From Proteromonas lacertae (lineage: Eukaryota), in the NCBI GenBank assembly GCA_002245135.1, contig NGBS01000019.1:62001-113963 (forward strand): a DNA stretch of 51,963 nt, written 5' to 3'. Below are positions 27,356 to 39,591 of this stretch, piece by piece. Each line of letters starts with the position of its first letter. Within the stretch, counting starts at the first letter, position 1. Below the pieces are notes generated by a model. The model saw only the letters and a list, made by a program, of their open reading frames with translations. It was not told where the DNA came from and searched no databases. The translations under genes and the position numbers were made by a program.

Positions 27356-29147
27356 TATACGGGAAAACTCTTTTCAATATTCTCTTCTTATGTAAATATT
27401 CTTGTTTTCTTTTCTCTCTTTCTTTTTCTTGTGCTTCTTCTTTTTCTTGTCTTAATTCATCTTCTACTAGTTTAATCACTTCCACATCTTGAGTTTTCAT
27501 CTTTCTTCTTAATTTATCTCTTCTAAATTTCTTCCATAATCTTTGCAATAGAATAATCTAAAAATATTACAAAATACGAATATTTATATATTTTATACAG
27601 ATGTCATAAGTGCTCTATTTTCTTCCAACTTTTGTTTATAAGCCTGTAAACTAATATCAGCCCAAACTTCAGTCTTAACTAATGCTTCATCAGCAGCACA
27701 ATCATTCATAAATTGAGCCATATCTAACTCAGACATCGGAACATTTTCATTATCATCAGTTGTAGTTACTTTTGGTTTAACAGGAGTAGCTTTAAAATTC
27801 ATTGATATATTATCAACAAATCTCTTTTGATCTGGTGAATATTTCTTTGTTATATTATCATAATGTGACCTTAAATGTGAGGTAAAATCTTTCTCTCTTT
27901 CTGCTATTGTCATCATTGTCAAATCAGTTGTTTTCTTCAAAAATGCATGTTGTTCATCTATTATTTTTTTACCTATTCGTGGATTCTTCACTCTTCTTAA
28001 CATTGATTTCTTTATTTGACCTTTGGCATATCTTATTCTCTATATAAATAAATAATAATAATAATATATACTCTTTCAAACTTATTTTTCCCACGACTTG
28101 TTTCTTTTGTACAGGAGTGTATAATTAATACACCTAAAGGATCTTGTACAAAATGTGCATCCAAATCAGGACCACTATTCTCTCTATAAACTGCATCACC
28201 ATCATCACATGCTAAATAAAACCAATCTTGCTCAATTGTTACTTCGTCTAAATGCTTAACAAATTCATCTGGTTCAGTTCCGATTGGTCTTTTTATTGTG
28301 AATTTAGCAGCAGATTTTGCATCCATTTTAAATGGATATAAAGTCGGTTTTCCTACTGTTGTTGGTATTTGGTTTCTTTTACATTGGTGAACTACGTGTT
28401 TAGTTAGTTTTACTCCCATAATATAAGCAGGATATATTTGTAACCAAATACTATCGCCATAACATACTGGTTTTATAGATTCATTGTCTTGTACATTTAA
28501 TATTGTAAAGGTTGTTCCTTCATCGTAATAATTATCAGCATCAAATGAATACACACCACTCTTTATTCTTTGTCCAGAAGCTAAATATCGATCTTGTCTT
28601 TTGAATTGTAGGAATTTCCCTCGTTCTGCGTTTACTGGTCTATATTCTAATGCTATTAATGATCCATATGCTATTTTTGAACCCTTTACTAAAGGAGAAT
28701 GTAATGGTTGAAAATGTCGACTATGGTAAGGTGACATTGGTCCATCTATTATTTTAAATTATATATTGTAAATTAATAATACCGCTATCTGAGTCAGATT
28801 CTGAGGAAGGAGTAGCTGGCCTAAATTCTGTGTCAATCTCTAATAATCTGTTTTCTATGTTTGTAGCTTTACTCTAACATAATAATAAATACTATTAAAT
28901 ACAACAATCTTTTCTTGCTTTTGTTTTTCTTCAAATTCTTTTTTCAGTTGTGATAATGTCTTTTTCTGTTTTCTAGCTGTTTGTAATTTCAATTCATCAT
29001 TATCAACATGCTAAAATAAATCAAATAGAGGTTAAAATACAAGAACTGTCGTAAGATCAATACCTCGTGCTAACCTAGTCTTTTTATATGAAGACTCCTT
29101 CCTATTTAAGATTATATACTATAAAAATACAGTGACTTCTTCAACAT
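26462..29147 (-). CDS. Uncharacterised protein with a beta-rich (MIR/beta-trefoil-like?) region, one IQ-like motif and coiled coil (7 introns; +1 frame break near 27293)
   Basis: Spliced from ATG 29147 (MLKKSL|KESSYKK...). Repeated I/V-x-YG-x-x-I-x-L units (KIAYGSLIAL, PVCYGDSIWL). IQ-like IILLQRLWKKFRRDK. Confidence 0.6.
27324..27353. repeat. (AAT)n microsatellite forming most of a 42-nt intron
   Basis: aataataat... between 5' GT at 27360 and 3' AG at 27319 on the minus strand. Confidence 0.9.
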
Positions 29148-29215
29148 ATTGAAAAAACTTTCAAAAAAAAAAACGAAAATTGTAACACCTATATTTTTAG
29201 TAATTGGATTTTTAA

Positions 29216-29990
29216 ATGTCTGATTATCGTATACATCCTGATGACAGAAACTTGTACAGATGTGTTAAAACTATTTTTAAAATATTAAGAAATAGGTATA
29301 TCGTTTTTTAATATTGTTTTAGAGGATATGTAGTTCCAGAAACTTATATAGATATACAAGAAGATAAATTTCTTCAAGAAGTATTTTTTAAATTTCATAT
29401 AATGCAATAGTTTGGTAGAGATGGTAGAATTAGCAGAGATTTACTAGCACACACAGTATATAATGAATATTATACTCTAGTATCGTCATCAACAATTAGA
29501 TGAACGTATTTTTGTTAATTTTTTGGAACAAGTATGGTTTAGTACATTATTATATTAGGTTAATGCAAAAATAATCACACAACAAATGGAAAAACAAATA
29601 AAAGTACAAAATTGTGAAAGAGCTATTCTAGTATCAAAAGCATCAATGGTAGCTGGTCCAGTTAGAAATGCTATAACTTTAATTGAAGAACATGGAACAA
29701 AAATAGATGTATTCCTTGAGGAAGAACTTCTTATAAATATTGCAGAACACAATTTAGTACCGAAACATGAAATATTATCAAAAGAAGAAACAGAACAATT
29801 ATTAAATAGGTATAAAGTCACAAAAGATAAAGTATATTATATATATATATCTATATCTATATAGTTACCAAGAATATTAAAGAATGATCCAATGGCTAAA
29901 TACTTGGGATTACGTAAAGGAGATGTAGTTAGAATTATCAGAAATTCAGAAACAGCAGGAAAGTATGTTACATATAGAGTTTGTGATTAG
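29216..29990 (+). CDS. RPB5: DNA-directed RNA polymerases I/II/III subunit RPB5 (5 introns)
   Basis: [71 protein letters not shown]. Confidence 0.97.
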
Positions 29991-30131
29991 TGATAATAAA
30001 TTCCATACAACTGTTTTTTTAAGAATATAATCAATTTTTTCTATTTTGTACAAATCATTTTGTTATTTTCACTTTTTACGAATCAAAAACATAAAAAAAT
30101 GATATAAAAATATATTATAATATATATCTAT

Positions 30132-31854
30132 TTATCTTCTAGGATAAGGTACATATTGTGGTCCAGTTGACATAAATGGATTAGGAGGTGGAACAGGAGG
30201 TGCTCTTCCCGTTTGTGCTCTAGGTGATGGTGGAACTGGTGGACCTCTTGTCTGTCCAAATGGATTAGCAGGTAAAGGAGGTGGAGGAGGTGGTATTCCA
30301 GGTCCAATTGTATTTCTTCCCAATGTTGATCCCATTGATGGTAATGGTGGTGGTGGAGGAGGTGCAAAACCTGTAGCACTACTAGGTGGTGTTTGCGGTA
30401 CTGGAGGTGGTTGTGGTATTCTGGGTTTATCTGTATGTGACATTCCTGGTCTTGGAGGTTGAGGTCTTGCTTGTTGTTGATAATTTGGACCAGTTGACAT
30501 GAAGGGATTAGCTGGGAGAGGTGGTGGTGGAGGTGGTGCAGGTGGAGCTGTGCTATTACTATTATTAGCAAATGGATTAATTTTAGGAGATGGAGGTGGT
30601 GGAGGAGCTGGACCTGGAGCTGGTGCTGGTTTAAGTTTTGGTGATTCTGAAGATAAGAAAGGATTATCATTAACATCACCTGCTGGTGGTGTAGGAGGAA
30701 CTTTATTAGGAGGTGCAGCTCTAGTGTTTTGAGTTGGTTTAGGCATTTCATTCGTTGAAGGAGTTTTCTTTCTTTTATCTGTAAGATTTGAGGTAGATGC
30801 AAATGGATTATCATTTGGTGGTGGTGGAGGAGGAGGTGGAGGTGGTGCTGATGATGGTGGTGGAAGTGTTTCTGATAGTGGTTTCTTAGGTCCCATTCCT
30901 GGTGGAGGTGGTACATTCCTCTTTGGTCCTATTGTCTTGGTTGGGACTGGTATTGGAGCTATACCTGGTGGTAGATCATCTGCTGCTGTTGGTGGTGGTA
31001 CTGGTGGAGGAACAGCTGGTGGTGTTTCATTATTATTATTATCTGAAGGTCGACTTGGTGTAGGAGCTGATGTTTTAGCAGAAGATGGAGGTGGTGGAGG
31101 TGCTGATTTTTTGACTGGTTTTTGTGTTGCTGATATTGATTTAGGTTTAGGTTTTGCTGTAGGAGGTGGAGCTGATGGTGGTGGTCCTTTACTAATTGGT
31201 TTTTTACCTGATACTGGTTTGGGTGGAGCTTTACTCTTTGATGTTAATAATCCTGTTTTTGAAGCAGTTGGTTTTGGTGGTGGGAATTTTGTATTGACTC
31301 TATCAACAAATTGTAATGGAGGCCAGGAATTATCATCACGATTAAGTCCTGGATATGGATCCATTGAATTACAGTATTTTGGGCAGTTTTTACCTGTTAA
31401 TGTTTCATCCCAACTAAGTCTTGAGTCAAATCTTTCTACTCTGCAAATACATTCACTATATCGAGGTAATGTATCTGCATAGGAAGATAATCTCTAAATA
31501 TGAAATAGTAATTTGAAATATACTTGTGAAAGAGAACTTGTTACTATTTTTAACCTATCAATATCTGTTATTTGAAAAGTAACATATTGAGTAAATTGTC
31601 CTGCACTATCAAGAATATCTTGTGAAATTAGTTTTAAATGTCCTAAACGATTAAAAGTATTTTCATACTAACAATTTCAGATCTTGCTAATGCATAAGCC
31701 TCATCTTTTCTAGACGGATCACAGTACATTTGCATAATTTGCTTTTTTGATTTCTCTAGGTCATCCTAATCGTTATAACGATAGAAAATACTTCATATTG
31801 ACCAAAAGATTTTAAAGATTTCGATAAAGTATCTTGTAGCTGCTGTAAAGCCAT
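30132..31854 (-). CDS. Abi (ABL-interactor, WAVE/SCAR complex)-like protein with long proline-rich, NPF-containing tail and no SH3 (3 introns)
   Basis: Spliced N-terminus DLEKSKKQIMQMYCDPSRKDEAYALARSEIVRHLKLISQDILDSAGQFTQYVTFQITDIDRLKIVTSSLSQRL parallels the Abi WAVE-binding coiled coil. About 400 aa of polyproline follow. Confidence 0.6.
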
Positions 31855-31977
31855 TTTTAAAACAAAACTAGCATATCAATTTATATCTTGACTTTTGAAT
31901 GAAAAATAAATGGAGTGTAATTTAGGTAAATTGCTATGCTGTAATTGTAATTATTACTTCGTTTTTGACATTTTGAA

Positions 31978-33429
31978 ATGAATCGATCTTTATTCACAAC
32001 CCAGAAGTTTTCATCATTTTTAACTTCGCTACCAGCTTTATCAAGATCATTCTCATTTGGATTTATTATCGGTTATGTATTTTAGACTAATTTTATCTAA
32101 ATAGAGAGAAGAAAATAAATATTATCAATTAGAATATTCAGAATTGCCAATTTGTTTCGACTTTAATTCAGATAAATATCAACCTTGCAATAGTTGGAAT
32201 GAAATAAACAAAGATGTGTTGAACAGACATGCACAATACGTATAAATATATCTGTATATAGTTATTGAAAATAGATAACACATCATATATCATCAAATCA
32301 ACAAATAATAGGTATTTATGTAATTACTCAAGATTCAGTCAATGTATCACTTGATTCACTAAAGCAATATGCAAATATATTGTTTACATTATTTGAAGAT
32401 GATTTTATTTACATCAATTCACCATCCAAGTTGATACTATTTTATTCAAACATCAAAACAAAATCAAATACAGTTAAAGAGATAATAAATGAAGATGATA
32501 ATTCCACTTTAACAAATGTAAATGTGAAACCACTTAAAGTTATTCTAAATCTAGCAAAAGATATAGTTATTACTCATCATATATCAATAGATTGTGTCTT
32601 TGATAATAAACTGAATAAAGAAGAAAGATTTAATGAATTAATGAAATTAATAAAACAATATTGTGTAAATATAAATAATAATTCACTTATAATAATGAAC
32701 AATAATAATAATAATAAAGAAAAAGAAAAAGAAAGTAATAAATTATTAATCAATTATCCTCCATTTATACCAGATAATGAAAAATCTGATTTAATTCAAA
32801 ATGGAATGTTATTAAGTTTAACTGGTGATATTATTATTCCATTGTTAATCAGTAAATCGAATAATAAAACTGCTAGTAATATAAGAGAGATAATATCTGA
32901 TGGAGTATATAGGAGTATGTTAGGAAAGTTTTTTTCTAATAAGTATAATGAGAATAAAGAGTTTTATGAATTTTTAATGAATGGTGGCTGTTATTCTATT
33001 CCATTATCTTACATTTATAAATGGAATGAGAATGGTTCTTTCAAATGTATATCTTATACTTCAAATGGTGAAGATAAGAATAAAGAGAATAATCTATTGA
33101 AATTGATGTATAATGAAGATTTAGAAGATGATGTTCGTAGTAATGAAATTAAAGAAGTAAATAAAAATGAACATACAATTATAAATCAACCAAAACAATC
33201 TCAACCATTACCACCAACAGCAAAACCAAAAGCTGAAGAGATAAAAGTAGAGAGTAAATTCGAAAAGAAGAATGAAGAAATAAACACAGAAAGTATTGAT
33301 AATGTTCTTAATTCTACTCCTAGTGGGAATAATGGAGCAAATATACAATTGTATATCCTTCTAGCCATTGTTACTGCAATTATGTCATTAATCTTGTTTT
33401 TCTTCACTAAACCAAAACAAATAAAGTAA
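31978..33429 (+). CDS. ODR-4-like tail-anchored ER protein (2 introns)
   Basis: N-terminal FGFIIGY...INKDVLNRHAQY|ITHHISSNQQIIGIYV resembles ODR-4 GLLIG...HAxQVxRMLPGGxxVLGVF. Single C-terminal TM YILLAIVTAIMSLILFFF. Confidence 0.6.
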
Positions 33430-33482
33430 TTATTATAGATATATTATAAACTATCTATGTTTTATAAATGTTAATTCAAAAA

Positions 33483-34451
33483 TTAAGGAGGTATTAACTC
33501 AAACAGATTATTAAACAACAAGAGTTGTAAATCACTGCTAAATATCACTAAATATGTCTCATTCTCCTTATATCTAATTATCTGAACATCTTGAATGATC
33601 AAATGAGTCTTAATTTGATAGAAGTGTTTTTCACTCAAAAACACAATATCACCTGACCAGCCTACTATTACATAATAGTAATCGTTTAATTCAACATAAT
33701 CAATCTGCTTTACAGAGAAAGGTATATCATATTTCTTATAATTATCTCTATTACTCTTAGAAATAAGAAAAACATTGGAACTATTTATCAGTAGGTAGTG
33801 AGTAGGTGAAGCAGCAGAAAATTTACAGTTAAAACAACCACTGTCAGTAACAAACTTGCTTAAATCTACAAAATTAGTTGAATTATTCTTCAAATCATAT
33901 GAATATATGTATTTATCATTATTTACAGAATAATATAAACTGTCATATGATAGTGATATGGAAGTAATAATATCACTAGCATTTTCCTTCAATAATTCGT
34001 TTATATCTTTGTTTTGGAACTTATAACAACAAACAGTATTATACACTGTAGCTAATGCAAAATAAGGTGGATTTAGTAATGTCATATGTGTGTTACTTGG
34101 GAATTTTATTTCTCTTATATGTGTTACTGTTGGTGAAGGATTTAATAATAATTGAAAAATTAGTAGTAATCCATCTATTGTTAAAAAATATAAAAATTCT
34201 TTGTTATAAGCTATATGTGAAACATCGCAATTAGTCTCCAAAGTGAGATAAGGAATAGTATCTGTTAAATTCTATATGACAGCTAAATACTTTATAATAC
34301 ATGGTAGAAGCTTATTGATCCTAAATTATTAATTATCATTATTTCATTAGTATTTTCTAAAACAAATATAAAATTGGAGGGCTAGTCTAACTTTAAATTC
34401 TTTTCTAGCTGTAATAGTACACGGTAAAAACTCAATTTTTTGATTCATCAT
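33483..34451 (-). CDS. ITFG2 (KICSTOR subunit)-like beta-propeller protein (1 intron; +1 frame break at 34379-34381)
   Basis: TNEIMIINNLGSISFYH|NLTDTIPYLT and VIVGWSGDIVFL...YLVIFSSDLQLLLF resemble the ITFG2 N- and C-terminal blades (NELVVGDTSGKVSVYK; ACAWDGQTY). Confidence 0.5.
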
Positions 34452-34560
34452 TCGAGCCAAGCTTTTAACTGTTCTGTAACGATAAAAGTAGTTTTTATTT
34501 TTTTATTAGCAATATCTATTTAAATATATATAATTTTGATATAAGTCCTTTTTAAATACA

Positions 34561-36255
34561 ATGAGTGATAAGAATGAAGTAACTTTAGATAATTTTTTAT
34601 CTACTCAAGAACCAATCAACAGTCCTAGATCCTTAGATGCATTGGAACAACTAGTAATCGATCCACAAGAGTTATATCCTGTGTATATTTACAATAATTA
34701 CTATATATTTAGAGAAATGGAGGATATCACTGCAATGGAACCAGATCAAGATATAGCCAAAGAAATGTATGATCATTTTGAAAAAGTGAGAAAGAGTATA
34801 GCATTATTATAATCATAAACTTATTAATTTAATAATATAGAGAAGTTACGAGCAGCACAAATCGAAAGAGAAGATTCAATAAGGTTAATGAGAATGATTC
34901 AAGAACCAGGAATGACAATTGATAAAATCATAAAAAACTATAGAACACATGATGGATCTTTTTTAGCGCCATCATTAGTGAGAGAAAAAGTGAAGAGATT
35001 AGAAGCAATGATATATCCAGCAGACAGAAACGGTCACAGATTTTCCATAATTGATGAACAAGGTACAAATCTATTGAAAGAAGAACAACATCGATTAGAA
35101 TTGATGAGAAGAAGGCAAGAAAGAGAAATCAATCAATTAATTACATATGAAACACAAATGGCTGAGATAACGAAGCAGAATGAAGAAAGATTAAAAGCTG
35201 AAGAAAAGAGACGACAGGAATTTGAAAAGATGAAAGACTTAAAGAGAAAACAAGCAATGGAAAAGAAAAGACAAGAAGAAATAAAAAAGAAAGAGAAATT
35301 AGATGAAGAAGTAAGACAAATAAGAGAAAAAGCAAAAATAGAACATCAGAAACACTTGGAAGAAATTCAAAAGAAACAAATTGAAGAAAAGAAAAGATTA
35401 AAAGAAAGAAGAAAACAAGAGGAAGAAGAAGCTAAAAGAAAAGAGGAATTTGAACGTCAAACTTTAGCTCGAATGAAAGCAATAGATGATGAAATACAAA
35501 GAAAGAAAGAAGCTATGGAACAGCGTGAAAAGGAAAGATTAGCTCGACAAGAAGAAGAAAGAAGAGCATATAGAGAAATGTTAAAACAACAACGAGAAGC
35601 AGCCAAACAAAAGATCAAAGAAGCACAAGCCAGAAGTGAGAAATTACTAGCTGATAAGAAGATGGCCTATGAAGAAAAACAACGAAGAATTGCAGAGAAG
35701 AAAGCTGAACAAGCTGAGGAAGAAAGAGATATGATAAAGAGGCACAAAGCTGAAATGAAAGCGAGAGAAGATAAACAAAGAAAAGCTTATGAAGATGCTC
35801 GACTGATTGAGAAAGATAGAATTGAAAGCTTTATAGAGGAAGATGAAAGAAGAGCAAAGTATATAGAAACAATAAAGAGAGAAGAGGAGAGAAAAAATAA
35901 TATAAAACGAACTAGAAATATGTTAATACTACAGGAGAGATGGGAAAATGTAGATAAAGTTCAGAAGAGAAAAGAAAATCAAAGATTAGCTACTTTAGCA
36001 AAAATACAGAAAGATGATGAAAGAACTAGAGAAATTATGGATGCTAAAGCTGATTTAATTAGACAGAGAAAACTAAATCAAATGAATACTATGAAACAGA
36101 AACATGAAATACATGAAGCTATGGAAAAATTGCGTGTAACTAATTCATTTGGCAATTTCCAGAGAACTATGAAGGATATGGGTTTATCTAAGCGTAATAG
36201 TAGTAGTAGTAATGGTTCATCTTCCTCCCTTCCTAACCTTCGTGCAACTGCTTAA
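34561..36255 (+). CDS. Uncharacterised E/K/R-rich single-alpha-helix/coiled-coil protein with N-terminal SPRS motif (2 introns)
   Basis: INSPRSLDALEQLVIDPQELYP...YDHFEKVRK N-terminus followed by ~350 aa of highly charged helix. Confidence 0.75.
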
Positions 36256-36389
36256 TTTATATATATATTATAGAATATTTTTTGTTTTTTTTTGATGTTA
36301 TTCTCTTTTGGAAAACAGAAATACATACTCTTGACTGTAATACAGTGTATTTTATTTTATAAATTCATTTTAGCAATATAAAACCAAAT

Positions 36390-39024
36390 ATGGTATATAA
36401 TGTAATATTGTTGTATAAATAGCCAAGAAGAGGCCGTAGTCAACATGCTCCACTTATTGAATCTGAGAGTTCGCATATAGAAAACGATGATGAGCTAGAT
36501 GCATCCTCACCAGTTCATGATTCACCTCTTACTGGTTCTTCCTCAGAAGGAGAAGATTTATATGAAAATCCAGAAAAGTATATCACTTTTTAGTTTAATA
36601 ATCTAATTACTGTATAGAGATTATGTGGCAAAACCAGACCAAGATAGATACAACCCAGAAGATCTAGATAATCGAAGATTTGGCATGATGGACTATGAGG
36701 CAAGAAGAGAAGCAGAAAGAGAGATTGATGCAAGAAGAGGTATTAATCGAGGTCCTATATTTGAGCATGATACATCTTCTGAAGCTAGATCTGAAGAAGC
36801 ACCAAGAAGAACTCAAGTAGTAGAAGATGCAGTAACAGGCTATGAAGAACCTTTTAATTTAGAGAATATGAATTGTCCTTTGAGAGAATTTTTACAACAA
36901 ATACAAACACAGAAAGAGATTTGTCATAGGTTTGATAAATTCTTACACAATTTCACTGAAGATGGTAGTAATACTTTAGTATATTATGAAAGAATTAAAA
37001 GAATGTGTAACAACAATGAACAATCGTTAGAAGTAAATATGGCACATTTAGTCTCATATCAGGCAATATTAGGTGTAATGTTAGCAGATGAGCCAGAACA
37101 AATGTTAGAATTATTCAATAAAGTATTAAAAGAAGTAGTTTTAACAGTCTATCCTTCCTATATGGATATACATAATGATTTATATGTAAGAATGACTAAC
37201 TTATATTTAGAAGATAATATTAGAGATTTAAGACAAGAACATTTAGGTGGATTAGTTCGAGTATCAGGTGTAGTAACTAGAAGAACCATCGTTTACCCAC
37301 AGCTGTTATTAGTATTGTTTACTTGCAATAGATGTGGTTATAACTATGGACCAATCAAACAAGAAGGTAATAAAGAAATAACAATATCACATTGTCCACA
37401 GTGTCAAAGTAAAGGATCATTCAGAGTTAATTCTGAGAAGACGTTATACAGAAACTATCAACGTATTACACTACAAGAATCTCCATCTACTGTACCAGCT
37501 GGAAGAGTACCAAGGCGTAAAGATGTTATATTACAAGCTGATTTGATTGATAGAGTAAGACCAGGTGAAGAAGTAGTAATAACTGGTATTTATACACATC
37601 AATATAGTAGTATTGCTAATATACAAAGTGGATTTCCTGTGTTTAATACAATAATTGTAGCCAATCATGTTGCTAGAAAGGATGATATAGAATCAATGAA
37701 TAATATCACTGAAGAAGATAAGAAGCAAATTATTGCATTGTCACAAGATACAAACTTAGAAAATAAACTATTAGAATCAATTGCACCATCTATATATGGA
37801 CATAAGCATACTAAATTAACACTACTATTATCACTATTTGGTGGAGTGCAAAAGAACGGTGATAAATATAGAATAAGAGGTGATATTAATATATTATTAT
37901 TAGGCGATCCAGGTACAGCCAAATCACAATTTCTAAAATATGCACAAAGAATAGCACCAAGAGCTATTTATACTACAGGTAAAGGTGCAAGTGCTGTTGG
38001 TTTAACCGCCAATGTTCATCGTGATGCTGTTACTAGAGAGTGGACTTTAGAAGGAGGTGCATTAGTATTAGCAGATCAAGGTGTATGTTTAATCGATGAA
38101 TTTGATAAGATGAGTGAAAATGATAGAGTATCCATCCATGAAGCAATGGAACAACAGTCTATCTCTATATCCAAAGCAGGTATTGTTACAACTTTACAAG
38201 CACGATGTGCTGTTATAGCTGCAGCTAATCCTGTAGATGGTAGATATGATCAAAGTAAGACATTATCTGAGAATATTACACTCTCTGATCCTATAATACA
38301 GAGATTTGATATGCTGTGTGTGATGAGAGATGTAGTAGATCCAGTTCAAGATGAACAAATGAGTAATTTTATAATAGATTCACATATAGACAGTCATCCT
38401 AGTAATGATGGAAATCCAAATGCTCATAGAAATACAGATGGTGCTATTCATCAAGATTTGTTAAGAAAATATATATTATATGCAAGAACATACTGTAAAC
38501 CATCTTTATCAGGTGCAGATACTGCTAAAATGGAGAATGTATACTCTAAGTTGAGAATAGCAAGTGATAAGGTTGGTGGAATACCAATTGCTGTTAGACA
38601 TTTAGAAAGTATTATTAGATTATCAGAAGCACATGCTAAGATGTATTTAAGAGATCAGGTCAATGATTATGATATTGATGTTGCTATATCATTGTTATTA
38701 GAAAGTTTTATAAATTCACAAAAGTATTCTGTTATGAAATCATTGAGAAAATCGTTTAATAAATATATTACTTCTGTAGATGATACTTCTGATTTGTTAC
38801 TGTATATATTACAGACTATGATGAGAGAAATACAGACTGTTCGTAATTTAAAGTATGGAGGTGCAAAGGATGATGAGATTATTGAAATTGAGTATAATAA
38901 GTTTGAAAAAAGAGCTAATGAGCTTGATATTCATAATATTCAACCATTTTTAGATTCTGAAGTGTTTAAGAGAAATAGATTCGTGTATGACGGTAAGAAC
39001 AAGAAGATTCTTAGAGAACCTTAG
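36390..39024 (+). CDS. MCM2: DNA replication licensing factor MCM2 (first coding exon is ATG only; 2 introns)
   Basis: EGEDLYENPEK|DY...DRY histone-binding N-terminus, C4 zinc finger, GDPGTAKSQFLKY, IDEFDKM, VPAGRVPR and IAVRHLESIIR. Confidence 0.96.
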
Positions 39025-39160
39025 AGAGAATATATTGTTAATATATCATTCTTTTAATAATATCATTGACTTATTTTTATGTTGTTTTAACAAATTTTGA
39101 TTATTTCAAAATATTTGATCGTTTCAGTTTTTTTCATTTCATTATTTTTTCTTTTTTCAA

Positions 39161-39514
39161 ATGGTATAATGCTCTAACTATCTTTTTGTTTTTATTTTAT
39201 TTTACTCTTGACGATTATTCATCATATATTATAGAGTACTGCTGCTAAGCCTGCAATCAAGAAGACTTCAGGTCCAGATTTTAAGAAATACATGGATAAG
39301 AAAATTTCAGTTAAAATAAATGGAAACAGATTAATCTCAGGAGTATTAAAAGGATACGATCAGTTTATGAATCTCGTTCTTGATGAAGCCATTGAAGAAG
39401 TCAGTGTCACAGAGAAGAATGATATTGGACAAATTGTATTGCATTATTTATATTCTGTTTTAGATTATAAGAGGTAATAGTGTAATTCAGGTTGAAGCTT
39501 TAGAAAAAATATAA
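39161..39514 (+). CDS. SNRPG: Small nuclear ribonucleoprotein SmG (ATG-only first coding exon; 71-nt first intron)
   Basis: M|STAAKPAIKKTSGPDFKKYMDKKISVKINGNRLISGVLKGYDQFMNLVLDEAIE...NDIGQI|IIRGNSVIQVEALEKI*. Confidence 0.92.
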
Positions 39515-39591
39515 TATATTCCTATCATTTATTTTTGTATTTGTCAGAATAAAACAATAATAACATAAAACAAAATAAATAAACCAATTAA

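Noticed and set aside
30128..31482. His/Leu-rich and Gly-rich alternative-frame and antisense ORFs (also 25578-25930, 15002-15346, 19110-19415, 37665-37922)
   Set aside because: These are shadow ORFs of low-complexity or codon-biased coding sequence, with no independent motifs.
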